DNA of 64,000 nucleotides from Caldisericia bacterium (GTDB lineage: Bacteria; Caldisericota; Caldisericia; JAAYUI01): positions 832,001-896,000 of the forward strand of contig OY771555.1 of assembly GCA_963674785.1 (NCBI GenBank). The letters are read 5' to 3'. The position numbers and the translations under genes are program-made. Positions 39,283-48,776 of this stretch are shown here, piece after piece (within the stretch, counting starts at the first letter, position 1; each line of letters begins with the position of its first letter). The notes beneath the pieces are model-generated. The model worked only from the letters and a program-made list of their open reading frames with translations, was not told where the DNA came from and did no database searches.

Positions 39283-40635
39283 CTATTTCGTAACCTTCAC
39301 AATTTTTTCAGCAGCAATCCATTCAACACATAATCCCAAAGCCTCGACTATTGCTCTAAGTGGAACTGTGGCTTGGTTATCAATTATAACAACCGATGGT
39401 GCAGATGTTGCTGCTATTATACCATTTACAATGAAGAAACACTCATCTTGCGGTAACTCGATTTTGACCTGGCCATTCCTAATGACATATGTCTTTGATT
39501 CTCCAAGGTAAGAGCTTTCCAAGTCAAAAGCCTCAATTATGGCTTCAATTGGTACAATTGAGCTTCCATTAATAATATATGGAGACACTCCGTAAGCTTT
39601 GACTTTCCCGTTTATAAGCATATTTGGTTTATCGATCCAAGTCATCATGAGTACTTCATCATCCGATAAATCAATGTTCTTGCTTTCAACAAACTCATCA
39701 TTTTCATCAAAAACCTCAATGAAAACTGGATTGTCTGCTGGTTTTTCGATTATGTTTATGGTCTTCCTGAATTTCTGATATATCTCAGCTGTTTCTCCAT
39801 TTAATTTCACGCTATATTCATTTGGGATATTTCCCTTAAGGTCAATCGTTTGTTTGTCGATCACAGATTTTTGTAGTTTGACAAATTCGATGGCTGATTC
39901 TGGGTTTGGTATCATTTCCTCAAAATCTTTTTCTGGATGAAATTCTTTTTCAAAAATAATTGTGTTTGAATACCTGCCTCCTGGATTTTTGCAGTCAAAT
40001 GCTTCTTCTGGTAACCACTTGGGAACAAGTGTCTCTCCTCCAGCACGAATTGGCTCGTGCTGAAAAAACTTCTTTTTTTCTCCATTAACATAGAAATATT
40101 CAGAGTCAAGCGGAATGCTGACGTCATATCCTCCGCCACTGAATGTCTCAATTTGACTCTCTTCATCCCAGGTTGAACTTTTCCCAAAAAAACCTTCGCA
40201 AATGTACTTAAAAGGGACATACATATGGATCCCAACTTTTTGTGGAAGAACATCTATTGCAGTAGTGCAGCCATTAACTGTCATAGTCAACCCATTTGTG
40301 TAGAAAATAATTTCGGTTTTCCTATAGTTTTCGATTTGCAAGGCTTGACTTTCTATCAAGTTTTTATTTTCATCCAACACCTCGATTTTGATGCGTGTGT
40401 ATGATGGAGCAGGATTGAGTGGAACCGTAGATTCGAATCTTCGGAACATCTCTGCATCTTTACCATTCACTTTTACGATTGACTCAAGTGGGGCTGTTCC
40501 TTCAAGATTGTAGAATGCAGAACTTAGGTATTTCAGTTCAGGATCATCGAGGATGATTACAGACTCGGTTGCCGATATCGGTGATATTGAGAGAATCAAG
40601 CAAAATACTAAAAGTAGTGTAGTTACTTTTCTCAT
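39283..40635 (-). CDS. Stalk-domain surface protein (2 units)
   Basis: N-half closely similar to 37918-39270 (STWDEE.Q.ETFSGGGYDVSIP). Confidence 0.85.
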   Translation of the reverse strand: MRKVTTLLLVFCLILSISPISATESVIILDDPELKYLSSAFYNLEGTAPLESIVKVNGKDAEMFRRFESTVPLNPAPSYTRIKIEVLDENKNLIESQALQIENYRKTEIIFYTNGLTMTVNGCTTAIDVLPQKVGIHMYVPFKYICEGFFGKSSTWDEESQIETFSGGGYDVSIPLDSEYFYVNGEKKKFFQHEPIRAGGETLVPKWLPEEAFDCKNPGGRYSNTIIFEKEFHPEKDFEEMIPNPESAIEFVKLQKSVIDKQTIDLKGNIPNEYSVKLNGETAEIYQKFRKTINIIEKPADNPVFIEVFDENDEFVESKNIDLSDDEVLMMTWIDKPNMLINGKVKAYGVSPYIINGSSIVPIEAIIEAFDLESSYLGESKTYVIRNGQVKIELPQDECFFIVNGIIAATSAPSVVIIDNQATVPLRAIVEALGLCVEWIAAEKIVKVTK

Positions 40636-40642
40636 TTATCTC

Positions 40643-43345
40643 CTATTTTGTGATAACGATCCAGCCTTCATCCCCATTCCATTCGGTTGTTGCCCCAAAC
40701 TCTTCTGCGATATGGTTTATCGGTGACATTGCTCGACCCTCAATTATTTGAGTTTTGGTTTTCATTTTCTTTTCTACACCATTAACTCTCATGATGTCAC
40801 TGTCAACTGGAAGTTCGATTGTTATATCATCTTTTTCCATTGTGAAGGTTCTTGTCTGACCATCCCAATCTGGTTCTGCATCTAAAAAATCGGAGATGAG
40901 GAGGGTTGGAACCATCATGCACTCAGATATTATGATGGGGTTGCAACCCAGGTCGAATGTGCCACCGTTTAGGAATATCTCCGGATTGTTCTTCCAAATC
41001 TTTAGGTAAAGTGTTTTGTTGAAGATGACAATTTCCTCGCTAAATGCCAAATTACCCTCTTCATTATAGACTGCAATAATCACTGGGTTTTCAGATGGGT
41101 GACTATCCACAAGGATCTCTGCTCTGAATTTGTTGGATGTTTCGGCTTCTATCCCGTTGATCTTAACCGCCGCTCCCATGGGGATTTCACCCTCAAGCTT
41201 ATATGTTTTTCCGTTTGCGACAGATGAATTTAAATCATCAAGGATGAGGTTTTTTTCATCATTTAATTTTGAATCAGTTTGGGTAGGATTTGGGTGGTAT
41301 TGCCTTGTGATTATGGCTGTTTTTTCAATCAGGTTCCATGACACTTTTGTGTCTGTGAAAGCACTCTCGACCAATCTGAATGGGACAAAAATTGTATCGC
41401 TGAATGATATTATTTCTGCACCAATGGATACCTTTTCCTCATTAATTGTCACAAAATCATCCCCGACTTTCAGTTCGGTCAGTTTAGATTTCGTAAAAAT
41501 TGTCGCTGTTTGTGATTCTTCATCCCAGGAGAATTCACCATCAAGAGCCTCTGCGACGTCTTTTATTGGAATCATGAAGCTTCCAGAAACGATCATTGCT
41601 CCTACAGAGATTTCAACTTCCTCCCCATCAACTTTCATTGAGTCGTCCATCATGACAAGCTTTACAGTCTTTTCTTTATAGTTTTCAATATTGAGGGTAT
41701 ATGATTCAAGTTCATTTCCATCTTTGTCTGTTATCTCGATTATGGCAGGTGTAAATGATGGTGCGTCATTTAACACAACAGATGTTTTGAATTTCTGGAA
41801 AATCTCGGCTTCAACATAGTTTGCATTTAATGTGTGTCCAGCTGGAATTGTTCCCTCAAGGTGATAGGTTTCTGCTTTGTAAGTTGTAAAAGTCGGGTCG
41901 TCGTATGCTAATGTGAATTCATCTTCAATTACTTCTTTTGGTTCATCTTTTAGCTTTTCGGGATATATCCATTTTTTTATGTCAACTGATCTGTCATCAG
42001 AGTTCCAGATGACCTCAGCACCAAATGCCTCACCGACGAATCTGAGTGGCACAAGAGTTGAGCCATTGATGATTGTTGCAGCAGTTGTGAGTTCAACTTC
42101 AATACCATTAAGAACCGCAATCTTGCTATCTATTGTGAGGTCGAGGGAAGTTTTCCCTGTTGTCTCATGGAGTGTCATCCTTACAGTTCTTGTTGCTGCA
42201 ATCCATTCAACCTCGGCGCCAAATGCCTCAGCAATTGCCCTGAATGGAAGTAACATACTTCCACCAACATTTGTTGGGGGAACTGAAAGAGTATCGTTGA
42301 TATAATTGACCATCCAGGTTGGATTGTTCTGCTGTAACCACATTGTCAGTTCACCAACGTTTTCGATTGCGATTTTTCTTGATTCAACCTTTTTCCCTTT
42401 TGAATCGAACACTTCCAGTTTGACACGAGTATAGGATGGATGCTCTTCAAGCTTTACTTCAGTCCTGAATTTATGGAAAATCTCAGCATCAACTCCGTCA
42501 ACTGTGACTGTCGCTCCCATGGGGATTTCTCCCTCAATCATGTATTCTGTTCCAAGAAGTACTGATGGTTCTGGGTCATCGAGGATGAGGTTGTTTGAGC
42601 CATTGAGTGTTGATTTTTCGAAGTTTACATCTGCTCCAAACTCCATTCGAATTGTCACCGATCTGTCATCACCATGCCAGACAACTTCTGCTCCGAAGGC
42701 CTCGGCTATAAATCTAAATGGAACCAACAGGGTATCCTCGACCACCTCCGCAGGAGCAGTTAGTCTTATTTTTTCACTGCCGACCATAGCAAATTCTTCA
42801 CCTGCTGCAATTGTTATTATGGTTGAACCATTTGTGATTGTCATAAATTCTTTTTGTGGATGATTTGAAACCTTTGCCCTTAATGCCATTGCGACATCCC
42901 TCAGTGGCACCATTGCACTACCCCGAATAATGTGCATTGGGACTTCAAGCGGAAACTTCTCTCCATTAATCTCAATTGTTGGGTCTCTTAGAACAAGCTT
43001 AAGATTTATCTCCCCGCGGTTTTCAATGTGGTGGGTGTAATTTTCCAATTCATTTCCAGCCTCATCCTTCACCACAATTTCTACTGGGGTGTATGTTTCG
43101 GGTTTATCAAGTGGGATAGTTATCCGAAATTTCCTGAAAACCTCAGCCTTTTCCCCATCAACCTCAACTGTGTTCCCAATTGGAAGCTCACCCTCCAGGT
43201 GATAAGTTTCAGCCTTGAAGGTGGAAAGCTCAGGATCATCAAAAATCAGTTTTGATTCAGAAGCGTCTGTTAAAGCTCCATTAAATGAAAATCCAACCAA
43301 TACAAACACTAACGTAAGAACCAAAAAGCATCGCAAATTCCTCAT
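40643..43345 (-). CDS. Stalk-domain surface protein (4 units, double length)
   Basis: 900 aa; four DD(P/L)...Y.(L/I)EG.(I/L)P units, each followed by stalk motifs. Confidence 0.85.
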   Translation of the reverse strand: MRNLRCFLVLTLVFVLVGFSFNGALTDASESKLIFDDPELSTFKAETYHLEGELPIGNTVEVDGEKAEVFRKFRITIPLDKPETYTPVEIVVKDEAGNELENYTHHIENRGEINLKLVLRDPTIEINGEKFPLEVPMHIIRGSAMVPLRDVAMALRAKVSNHPQKEFMTITNGSTIITIAAGEEFAMVGSEKIRLTAPAEVVEDTLLVPFRFIAEAFGAEVVWHGDDRSVTIRMEFGADVNFEKSTLNGSNNLILDDPEPSVLLGTEYMIEGEIPMGATVTVDGVDAEIFHKFRTEVKLEEHPSYTRVKLEVFDSKGKKVESRKIAIENVGELTMWLQQNNPTWMVNYINDTLSVPPTNVGGSMLLPFRAIAEAFGAEVEWIAATRTVRMTLHETTGKTSLDLTIDSKIAVLNGIEVELTTAATIINGSTLVPLRFVGEAFGAEVIWNSDDRSVDIKKWIYPEKLKDEPKEVIEDEFTLAYDDPTFTTYKAETYHLEGTIPAGHTLNANYVEAEIFQKFKTSVVLNDAPSFTPAIIEITDKDGNELESYTLNIENYKEKTVKLVMMDDSMKVDGEEVEISVGAMIVSGSFMIPIKDVAEALDGEFSWDEESQTATIFTKSKLTELKVGDDFVTINEEKVSIGAEIISFSDTIFVPFRLVESAFTDTKVSWNLIEKTAIITRQYHPNPTQTDSKLNDEKNLILDDLNSSVANGKTYKLEGEIPMGAAVKINGIEAETSNKFRAEILVDSHPSENPVIIAVYNEEGNLAFSEEIVIFNKTLYLKIWKNNPEIFLNGGTFDLGCNPIIISECMMVPTLLISDFLDAEPDWDGQTRTFTMEKDDITIELPVDSDIMRVNGVEKKMKTKTQIIEGRAMSPINHIAEEFGATTEWNGDEGWIVITK

Positions 43346-43382
43346 TCGAACCCCCTTAGAGTATATTATGTGTATATGTATT

Positions 43383-43410
43383 TAAACGAACAAGGAGGAT
43401 GTTTGGTTCA
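43383..43410 (-). promoter_or_regulatory. Putative ECF-sigma promoter
   Basis: Minus strand TGAACC-N16-CGTTTA. Confidence 0.7.
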
Positions 43411-43414
43411 AATA

Positions 43415-44785
43415 TTACTCGGGTTTAATCTCCCTAACTATTTGAATAATTTTTAAGCCTTTATTGAATGTGCAGTTTGTTTTGAAAATAAGTGGAATTG
43501 AAGTGTAGGATAAGTACATCTCTTCATTGATTATTCTCGGAAGAATGGGGATACGTATTAAGCTTTTATCGGTTTCTACGAATCGATTATCTTCGGTTAT
43601 TTTGAAATTCTTTCCCATGTATTCAAAGTTTATTGTTTTTCGATCTTCAGTGTAAACTACATCAAAATAAAATATTTCAGAAAGTGTAGATATTGGAATC
43701 ATTGGAATTTCATCTACAATCTTTACTGGTGTTTTAAGTTCAACTGTTTCTCCACCTACATCCATCTCTGGTTTTGAAACAAACAATCTGTAAACGATGA
43801 GTTCTATGTTTTCTATTTCAACTGTTTTTGTTTCAACCACATCTAAGTTTGAGTCATAGAGCCTAATCTCAATAACGGTAAATGATGGTGGCTCATTCAA
43901 AGTGCCTAGGCACGAAAATGATATTTTAAGCGGGACTGGTTTGCCATCAACATATACTTTGTGGTTGTTTGGAATATCTGCTGAGATTGGAACGTAGTAT
44001 TTCCCTTCGATCAAAGAGATTTCCCCTATCTGAAAATTCTTGTAAAATGGACCAAATACGTAAGGTTTTTTTCCGTAAAGAAATGGCTCAAATTCTTTTC
44101 GGATGTTTATCTCTTTATTATCTTCATTCCAGGTAACTTCAGCTCCAAAGCTTTCAGCGATGAATCTTAATGGGACAACTGTTGATCCGTTAATCACTGT
44201 TGGTGCAACATCAAGCTCAACTTTCTCTCCGTTTATCTTGCCATTCTTTTTGTCAATTTGGATTTCAATTCTGGTATCCTCAAAATCTATTCCCACAGTT
44301 TTTGTTGCAGGGATCCATTCTACATTTGCTCCAAAAGCCTCAGCTATAGCTCTAAAAGGAACCATTGTTCTGTTCTCGATTATTAGAGGTGGGATGGCTA
44401 AACGATCTTTCACAGAGTTAACCTCCCATTCCCCGTTATCAATCCAAAGCTTCATAACCAACTCTGAAAACAATATGAATGAATGAGATTCCATTATGTA
44501 TCCGGGTTTACTCTTGAGTATAAGTGTGGTTTTTTTGTTGCCATATCCATCTTCAAAAACCAGGTTTGTTTCAAACCTTGCGGAAGTCTTTGCTTTTTTT
44601 CCATTTACAATTATGCTCTCGGAGTCTTCGGGAATTATGCCTTTCAACTCGAATGTTGTTTTGTTTTTGTACGAAAGTGTCGATTCATCAATTACAATCA
44701 ATGATTCTTTGGCATTAACTCTAAAAGGAAATATTGGAGTAATCAAAATCACTGCCATCAGGACATGGATTAGCTTTTTTATCAT
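43415..44785 (-). CDS. Stalk-domain surface protein (2 units)
   Basis: GAGGAG SD; TMVPFRAIAEAFGA; VVPLRFIAESFGA. Confidence 0.85.
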   Translation of the reverse strand: MIKKLIHVLMAVILITPIFPFRVNAKESLIVIDESTLSYKNKTTFELKGIIPEDSESIIVNGKKAKTSARFETNLVFEDGYGNKKTTLILKSKPGYIMESHSFILFSELVMKLWIDNGEWEVNSVKDRLAIPPLIIENRTMVPFRAIAEAFGANVEWIPATKTVGIDFEDTRIEIQIDKKNGKINGEKVELDVAPTVINGSTVVPLRFIAESFGAEVTWNEDNKEINIRKEFEPFLYGKKPYVFGPFYKNFQIGEISLIEGKYYVPISADIPNNHKVYVDGKPVPLKISFSCLGTLNEPPSFTVIEIRLYDSNLDVVETKTVEIENIELIVYRLFVSKPEMDVGGETVELKTPVKIVDEIPMIPISTLSEIFYFDVVYTEDRKTINFEYMGKNFKITEDNRFVETDKSLIRIPILPRIINEEMYLSYTSIPLIFKTNCTFNKGLKIIQIVREIKPE

Positions 44786-44806
44786 AAACTCTCCTCCTCA
44801 AATCCT

Positions 44807-44834
44807 TACACGAAAATGAGTGGGAGATGGTTCA
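44807..44834 (-). promoter_or_regulatory. Putative ECF-sigma promoter
   Basis: Minus strand TGAACC-N16-CGTGTA. Confidence 0.7.
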
Positions 44835-44838
44835 TTTT

Positions 44839-46209
44839 TTATTGTGGGTGAATCTCTTTTATAATCTGTATGGTTTTTATTCCCCGAAGATATTTTGTTT
44901 CCACGCCAAACAGTGGCTCGACAGAGTCTGAACTGATCATTAATTCTTCATCAACAAATTGTGGTTTGTGCGGAAGAATAACGGTTTCTGAGTCTATCTT
45001 TGCTGTTACATCGTGGACAGATAACTCAATGGTTTGGTCTTCATGTTTGATGGTCAATGTTTCATTGTCATTTGACCAACTGCTTTCAAAACCAAATATC
45101 TCCTTGAGAGTGGATATTGGAATGATTGGAATTTCATCTACAATCTTTACTGGTGTTTTAAGTTCAACTGTTTCTCCATCTACATCCATCTCTGGTTTTG
45201 AAACAAACAATCTGTAAACGATGAGTTTTATGTTTTCGATTTTCAAGGGTTTTTCTTCAATGGTTTTGCCATCTTTATCAAATAGTTCCAGTTTTATGTC
45301 TGTGAACGATGGCGCTGGATTGAGCTTGCCCTTGAAATTAAAGGTTGAGTAGCCTGTGATTTTTTCACCATTTAGCTTTACATAAGAATCATCTGGGATT
45401 TCTGCATAAATATGACAGGATTCTTTGATGTCATGTGTTGGTTCGATTCTGATGTTTTTGAACTTTGAGTCATCAAACATAAGATCATCGCTATCAATGT
45501 ATTGTTCAGAATTCTTCTCAATGATGAATGTTTGTTCATTTGAGTCGAGTCCAATCTCAAAATCTAAAACATCCTGAAAAAATCTGATTGGCATCATGAC
45601 TCTTCCATCAATTATTATTGCTGGTGTCTCGAGTTTTATCTTTTCACCGTTAACTATGGCATAATTTCCACCAATAACTTGAAGTTCAACTTTAATGTTT
45701 TCTGATTCAACAATAACTGTTCTAGTTTCAGCAATCCAACATACATCCATTCCAAATACTTCTACCATATCCCTTATTGGAATCCTTATTTTGTTTTCAA
45801 TAAAAACAGGCGGAGTACTAATGCTGTAGAATTTTCCGTTTATCTCCATTTTTGTTTCATTCTCTTTGAGTTTTACCTGAATCTTTTTGTGAATCTTGAT
45901 CTCTCTTGATTCAATGAGATTTTCTGTGCTGTCGAAAAGTTCTAGTTTGATTAACTCCCAATAATTCCCGTCACCGTTCAGCTCAAAGTCCTCGTCAAAG
46001 ATGCTTGTTGTTTTTTGAGTTTCACCGTTTATTTTTAATAGAGTAAAGGCTGGAATTTGTCCCTGGAGAGTAAACTCGTTTTTTTGATTATATGAAAGAG
46101 GGTTTTTGTCTGTTGAAATCAACGATTCAGAGGCGTTCAATTTGATCAAAACGACACAGAAAATAAGAATAAATGTTAACAAACAGGTGACCAGCTTTTT
46201 CATTTGCAC
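44839..46209 (-). CDS. Stalk-domain surface protein (2 units)
   Basis: AAGGAGG SD (start GTG 46209 or ATG 46203); IPIRDMV and MMPIRFF motifs. Confidence 0.85.
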   Translation of the reverse strand: MQMKKLVTCLLTFILIFCVVLIKLNASESLISTDKNPLSYNQKNEFTLQGQIPAFTLLKINGETQKTTSIFDEDFELNGDGNYWELIKLELFDSTENLIESREIKIHKKIQVKLKENETKMEINGKFYSISTPPVFIENKIRIPIRDMVEVFGMDVCWIAETRTVIVESENIKVELQVIGGNYAIVNGEKIKLETPAIIIDGRVMMPIRFFQDVLDFEIGLDSNEQTFIIEKNSEQYIDSDDLMFDDSKFKNIRIEPTHDIKESCHIYAEIPDDSYVKLNGEKITGYSTFNFKGKLNPAPSFTDIKLELFDKDGKTIEEKPLKIENIKLIVYRLFVSKPEMDVDGETVELKTPVKIVDEIPIIPISTLKEIFGFESSWSNDNETLTIKHEDQTIELSVHDVTAKIDSETVILPHKPQFVDEELMISSDSVEPLFGVETKYLRGIKTIQIIKEIHPQ

Positions 46210-46224
46210 CCTCCTTACAAATGT

Positions 46225-46252
46225 ATTACGAATAAAAGTCTGCCTTGGTTCT
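46225..46252 (-). promoter_or_regulatory. Putative ECF-sigma promoter
   Basis: Minus strand AGAACC-N16-CGTAAT. Confidence 0.65.
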
Positions 46253-46910
46253 AATCTTCTTCCTCAAAAATCCAGCGGTTTTTCTTCAAAACCTCTCGAA
46301 CTTCTTTATCCCCCACAGCATCAAACATTCTGTAATATGATGAAACCGCAAAAACCCTTGTTTCGGATTCAACAATCTGTGTTATGCCGTCAATGTCTTT
46401 TGAAAGAAATGTTGAGGCTGTTTTGTGAACTACAGGGGCTGCAACATAAATGTTTTCTGCACCAGATTTTTTCAGGTCTTTGACTGCCCCAAGTGCTGTA
46501 AAACCAGTTGCAAGACCATCGTCAATTATAAGAATATTTTTCCCGGTGACATCCTCTGCTTCAAGGTTTTTTTCAGACAAAATATTTCCCTGACGGCGTT
46601 TTAGAAATGACAATCTCTCTCTTGTGATTTTTTGTAAATCCATGAACGAGAGACCAATTTTTCTATATAACCCTTCGTTGGTGAGAACCTTACCCGAAAC
46701 TGCAACAACTCCGATCGCGGTTTCAGGATTCCAGGGAAGTGGAAGTTTTGAAACAAAAGCGACATCAAGCCTTTTTTTTAAGTATGTGGAAACCTCGGAT
46801 GCAACGATGACTCCACCGTTTGCGATTCCATAAATGGTGTCTATTTTCCAGTCCTCGGGGATGATTTTTGCAAGCTTTTTCCCAGCAGAGATTCTGTCGT
46901 TAAATTTCAT
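46251..46910 (-). CDS. Phosphoribosyltransferase family protein
   Basis: F.DR..AG N-terminus; PRPP-binding motif ILIIDDGLATGFT. Confidence 0.88.
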   Translation of the reverse strand: MKFNDRISAGKKLAKIIPEDWKIDTIYGIANGGVIVASEVSTYLKKRLDVAFVSKLPLPWNPETAIGVVAVSGKVLTNEGLYRKIGLSFMDLQKITRERLSFLKRRQGNILSEKNLEAEDVTGKNILIIDDGLATGFTALGAVKDLKKSGAENIYVAAPVVHKTASTFLSKDIDGITQIVESETRVFAVSSYYRMFDAVGDKEVREVLKKNRWIFEEED

Positions 46911-46931
46911 GTCATCAATTCCTCTCTGCCA

Positions 46932-47660
46932 TCATGGGATGATATAAATCCTTTTTCTGATGACTTTTTGTCTTCCAAGAGAATCAGTTATCCTGCAGAC
47001 AATATTGTATTCACCTTTTTTGCTGAAGGTGTGAGAAAGCTCGATTTTCCCCTCAAAAAGAAGTCCACCGCTGTTTTGTTCTCCTGGTTCATCCCAGTAG
47101 ACGTTGTATTCATAAGGGGGATATCCACCCTCAATTATCAGGTCGTAATCAATTCTGGTTCGCTCTCTTGCAGTTTCTTTAAGTTGAGCTTCAATCAATG
47201 GATATTTTGATGGAGTCCAAAGTAGGACTGCTGCTTGTTTCTTTGCTGTGGCTTTGTTCCCGTTCCCGTGTGAGATTGTGCATTCTGTGAGCATTGCAAA
47301 ACCAAGTTTTGTTTCAGTTGTATTCACTTTGAGCTTTATCTTTACGCTATAACTCGTTCCGGGGGATAGCTCCGGTGTTGTGAAGCTCACAACGTCTCCG
47401 AGAATGGTCAATGATGGCTCAGTAGATATGATCTCCAAGTCCTTGCAAACTTTGAATGTGACATATCCTTTTTCAAGATCAGTGTTAGTATTGTTTTTGT
47501 AAAGAATTGTAAAAGTTACCTTAGATTTGTTTGGGCAAAAAAATCTGTTCGGAGTGACGAACAATTTCCCTGTCTGGTTTTCTGTGCATTCCGCAGTCTT
47601 TGCACCAATCTGTGCAAAAACGATTGTAATTGCTAGAATCACCAGAAGGAATTTTTTCAT
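46932..47660 (-). CDS. Secreted protein with DUF11-like and PKD-like domains
   Basis: Signal peptide; VTFTILYKN; GGYPPYEY..W...HTFSKKGEY. Confidence 0.6.
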   Translation of the reverse strand: MKKFLLVILAITIVFAQIGAKTAECTENQTGKLFVTPNRFFCPNKSKVTFTILYKNNTNTDLEKGYVTFKVCKDLEIISTEPSLTILGDVVSFTTPELSPGTSYSVKIKLKVNTTETKLGFAMLTECTISHGNGNKATAKKQAAVLLWTPSKYPLIEAQLKETARERTRIDYDLIIEGGYPPYEYNVYWDEPGEQNSGGLLFEGKIELSHTFSKKGEYNIVCRITDSLGRQKVIRKRIYIIP

Positions 47661-47666
47661 CGATTA

Positions 47667-48776
47667 TTAGTCTCTGTTCCTTGCATATTTTTCCCAGATT
47701 TTTTCAGTACTTCTGACCATGTGTTCTGTTGTGAATTCTTCCTCAACTCGTGCTCTGCCATTTATTGAAAGAGACTTTGCAAGCTCTTTATTTTTCATGA
47801 TTTTGATGATTCCGTCAGCAAGTGTTTTTGGGTCTTTTGGTGGAGTTAAGATTCCAAATTTTTCAGATGTAATGACCTCAGGAATCCCGCAGACGTTTGT
47901 TGCAACAACCGGAACATCAAGTGCCATAAACTCAAGGAGTGCAAGCCCGATTGCCTCTGCAAGTGATGGGAATACTCCCACTTCACAAGCAGCCATTATA
48001 TCAAACGGAGGAGTGATTCGTCCGGGGAGGAAGACCCTGTCAGTGAGCCTCATCTCTTCAGCCTGTTTTCTTAGTGGCTCAAGGCATCTGCCGTCACCAA
48101 CGATTATCACACCCGCATCAGGGATTTTTTGTAAAATCATGGGGAGGGCAGAAACAAGGTCATCATGACCTTTAACTTCAACAAGTCTTCCAACTGTTCC
48201 AATGAGTCTGATGTGTTCAGGAACGCCAAGGTTTTTCTTGGCCTCAGCCGCTAATATATTTGATTTTACCGCATCGAGGTTGATGCCGTTTCTGACAGTA
48301 TGAATTTTATCTCTTGGAATGCCACGACTTGCGAGTTTATCTGACATGTCGTCTGAAACTCCGATGAACCCATCTGCCCAGCTGTTTAACATGTTATCGA
48401 TAAACCAAACCGCACGTTCTTTGAGCCTTGTTTTGTAGTCAAGTCTTGAGTCGCTGTGCATAGTGCAGATTGATGGGATGCCTGTGAGTTTTGATGCGAT
48501 TCGACCTGTGAAATTCGCCCTTACGCCGTGAGTGTGTATAAGGTCAAGGTCGAGTTTCCTTATGAGTTTTGCAATTTCAAATGGATTTTGTCTTGTAACA
48601 TATGGCTCAATGCCAGCTTCTCTTGCCTCTTTTGTTGTCATTCCCTCAAGAGGGTGAATGTGGTAAACTTTGAATTTTTCAGGGTTTGCAAGTTTTGCAA
48701 GGTCTATTGTGTAGCCTTTTGCTCCTGCTACATCAGTTCCTGTGATTACCTGTGCTAGTTTGATTATTTTTCCCAT
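47667..48776 (-). CDS. GT4 (GT-B) glycosyltransferase
   Basis: IHTHG, GRLVEVKG, PSLAEAIGLALLE; AGGAG SD before ATG 48776. Confidence 0.9.
   Translation of the reverse strand: MGKIIKLAQVITGTDVAGAKGYTIDLAKLANPEKFKVYHIHPLEGMTTKEAREAGIEPYVTRQNPFEIAKLIRKLDLDLIHTHGVRANFTGRIASKLTGIPSICTMHSDSRLDYKTRLKERAVWFIDNMLNSWADGFIGVSDDMSDKLASRGIPRDKIHTVRNGINLDAVKSNILAAEAKKNLGVPEHIRLIGTVGRLVEVKGHDDLVSALPMILQKIPDAGVIIVGDGRCLEPLRKQAEEMRLTDRVFLPGRITPPFDIMAACEVGVFPSLAEAIGLALLEFMALDVPVVATNVCGIPEVITSEKFGILTPPKDPKTLADGIIKIMKNKELAKSLSINGRARVEEEFTTEHMVRSTEKIWEKYARNRD

Noticed and set aside
43689-45237. Diversity-generating retroelement TR/VR pair
   Set aside because: Both copies are in-frame, mid-gene coding sequence, there are only three differences, and no reverse transcriptase is in the window.
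35157-46209. Copper amine oxidase enzymes
   Set aside because: Only the N-terminal stalk-like domain is present; there is no catalytic TPQ/His domain.
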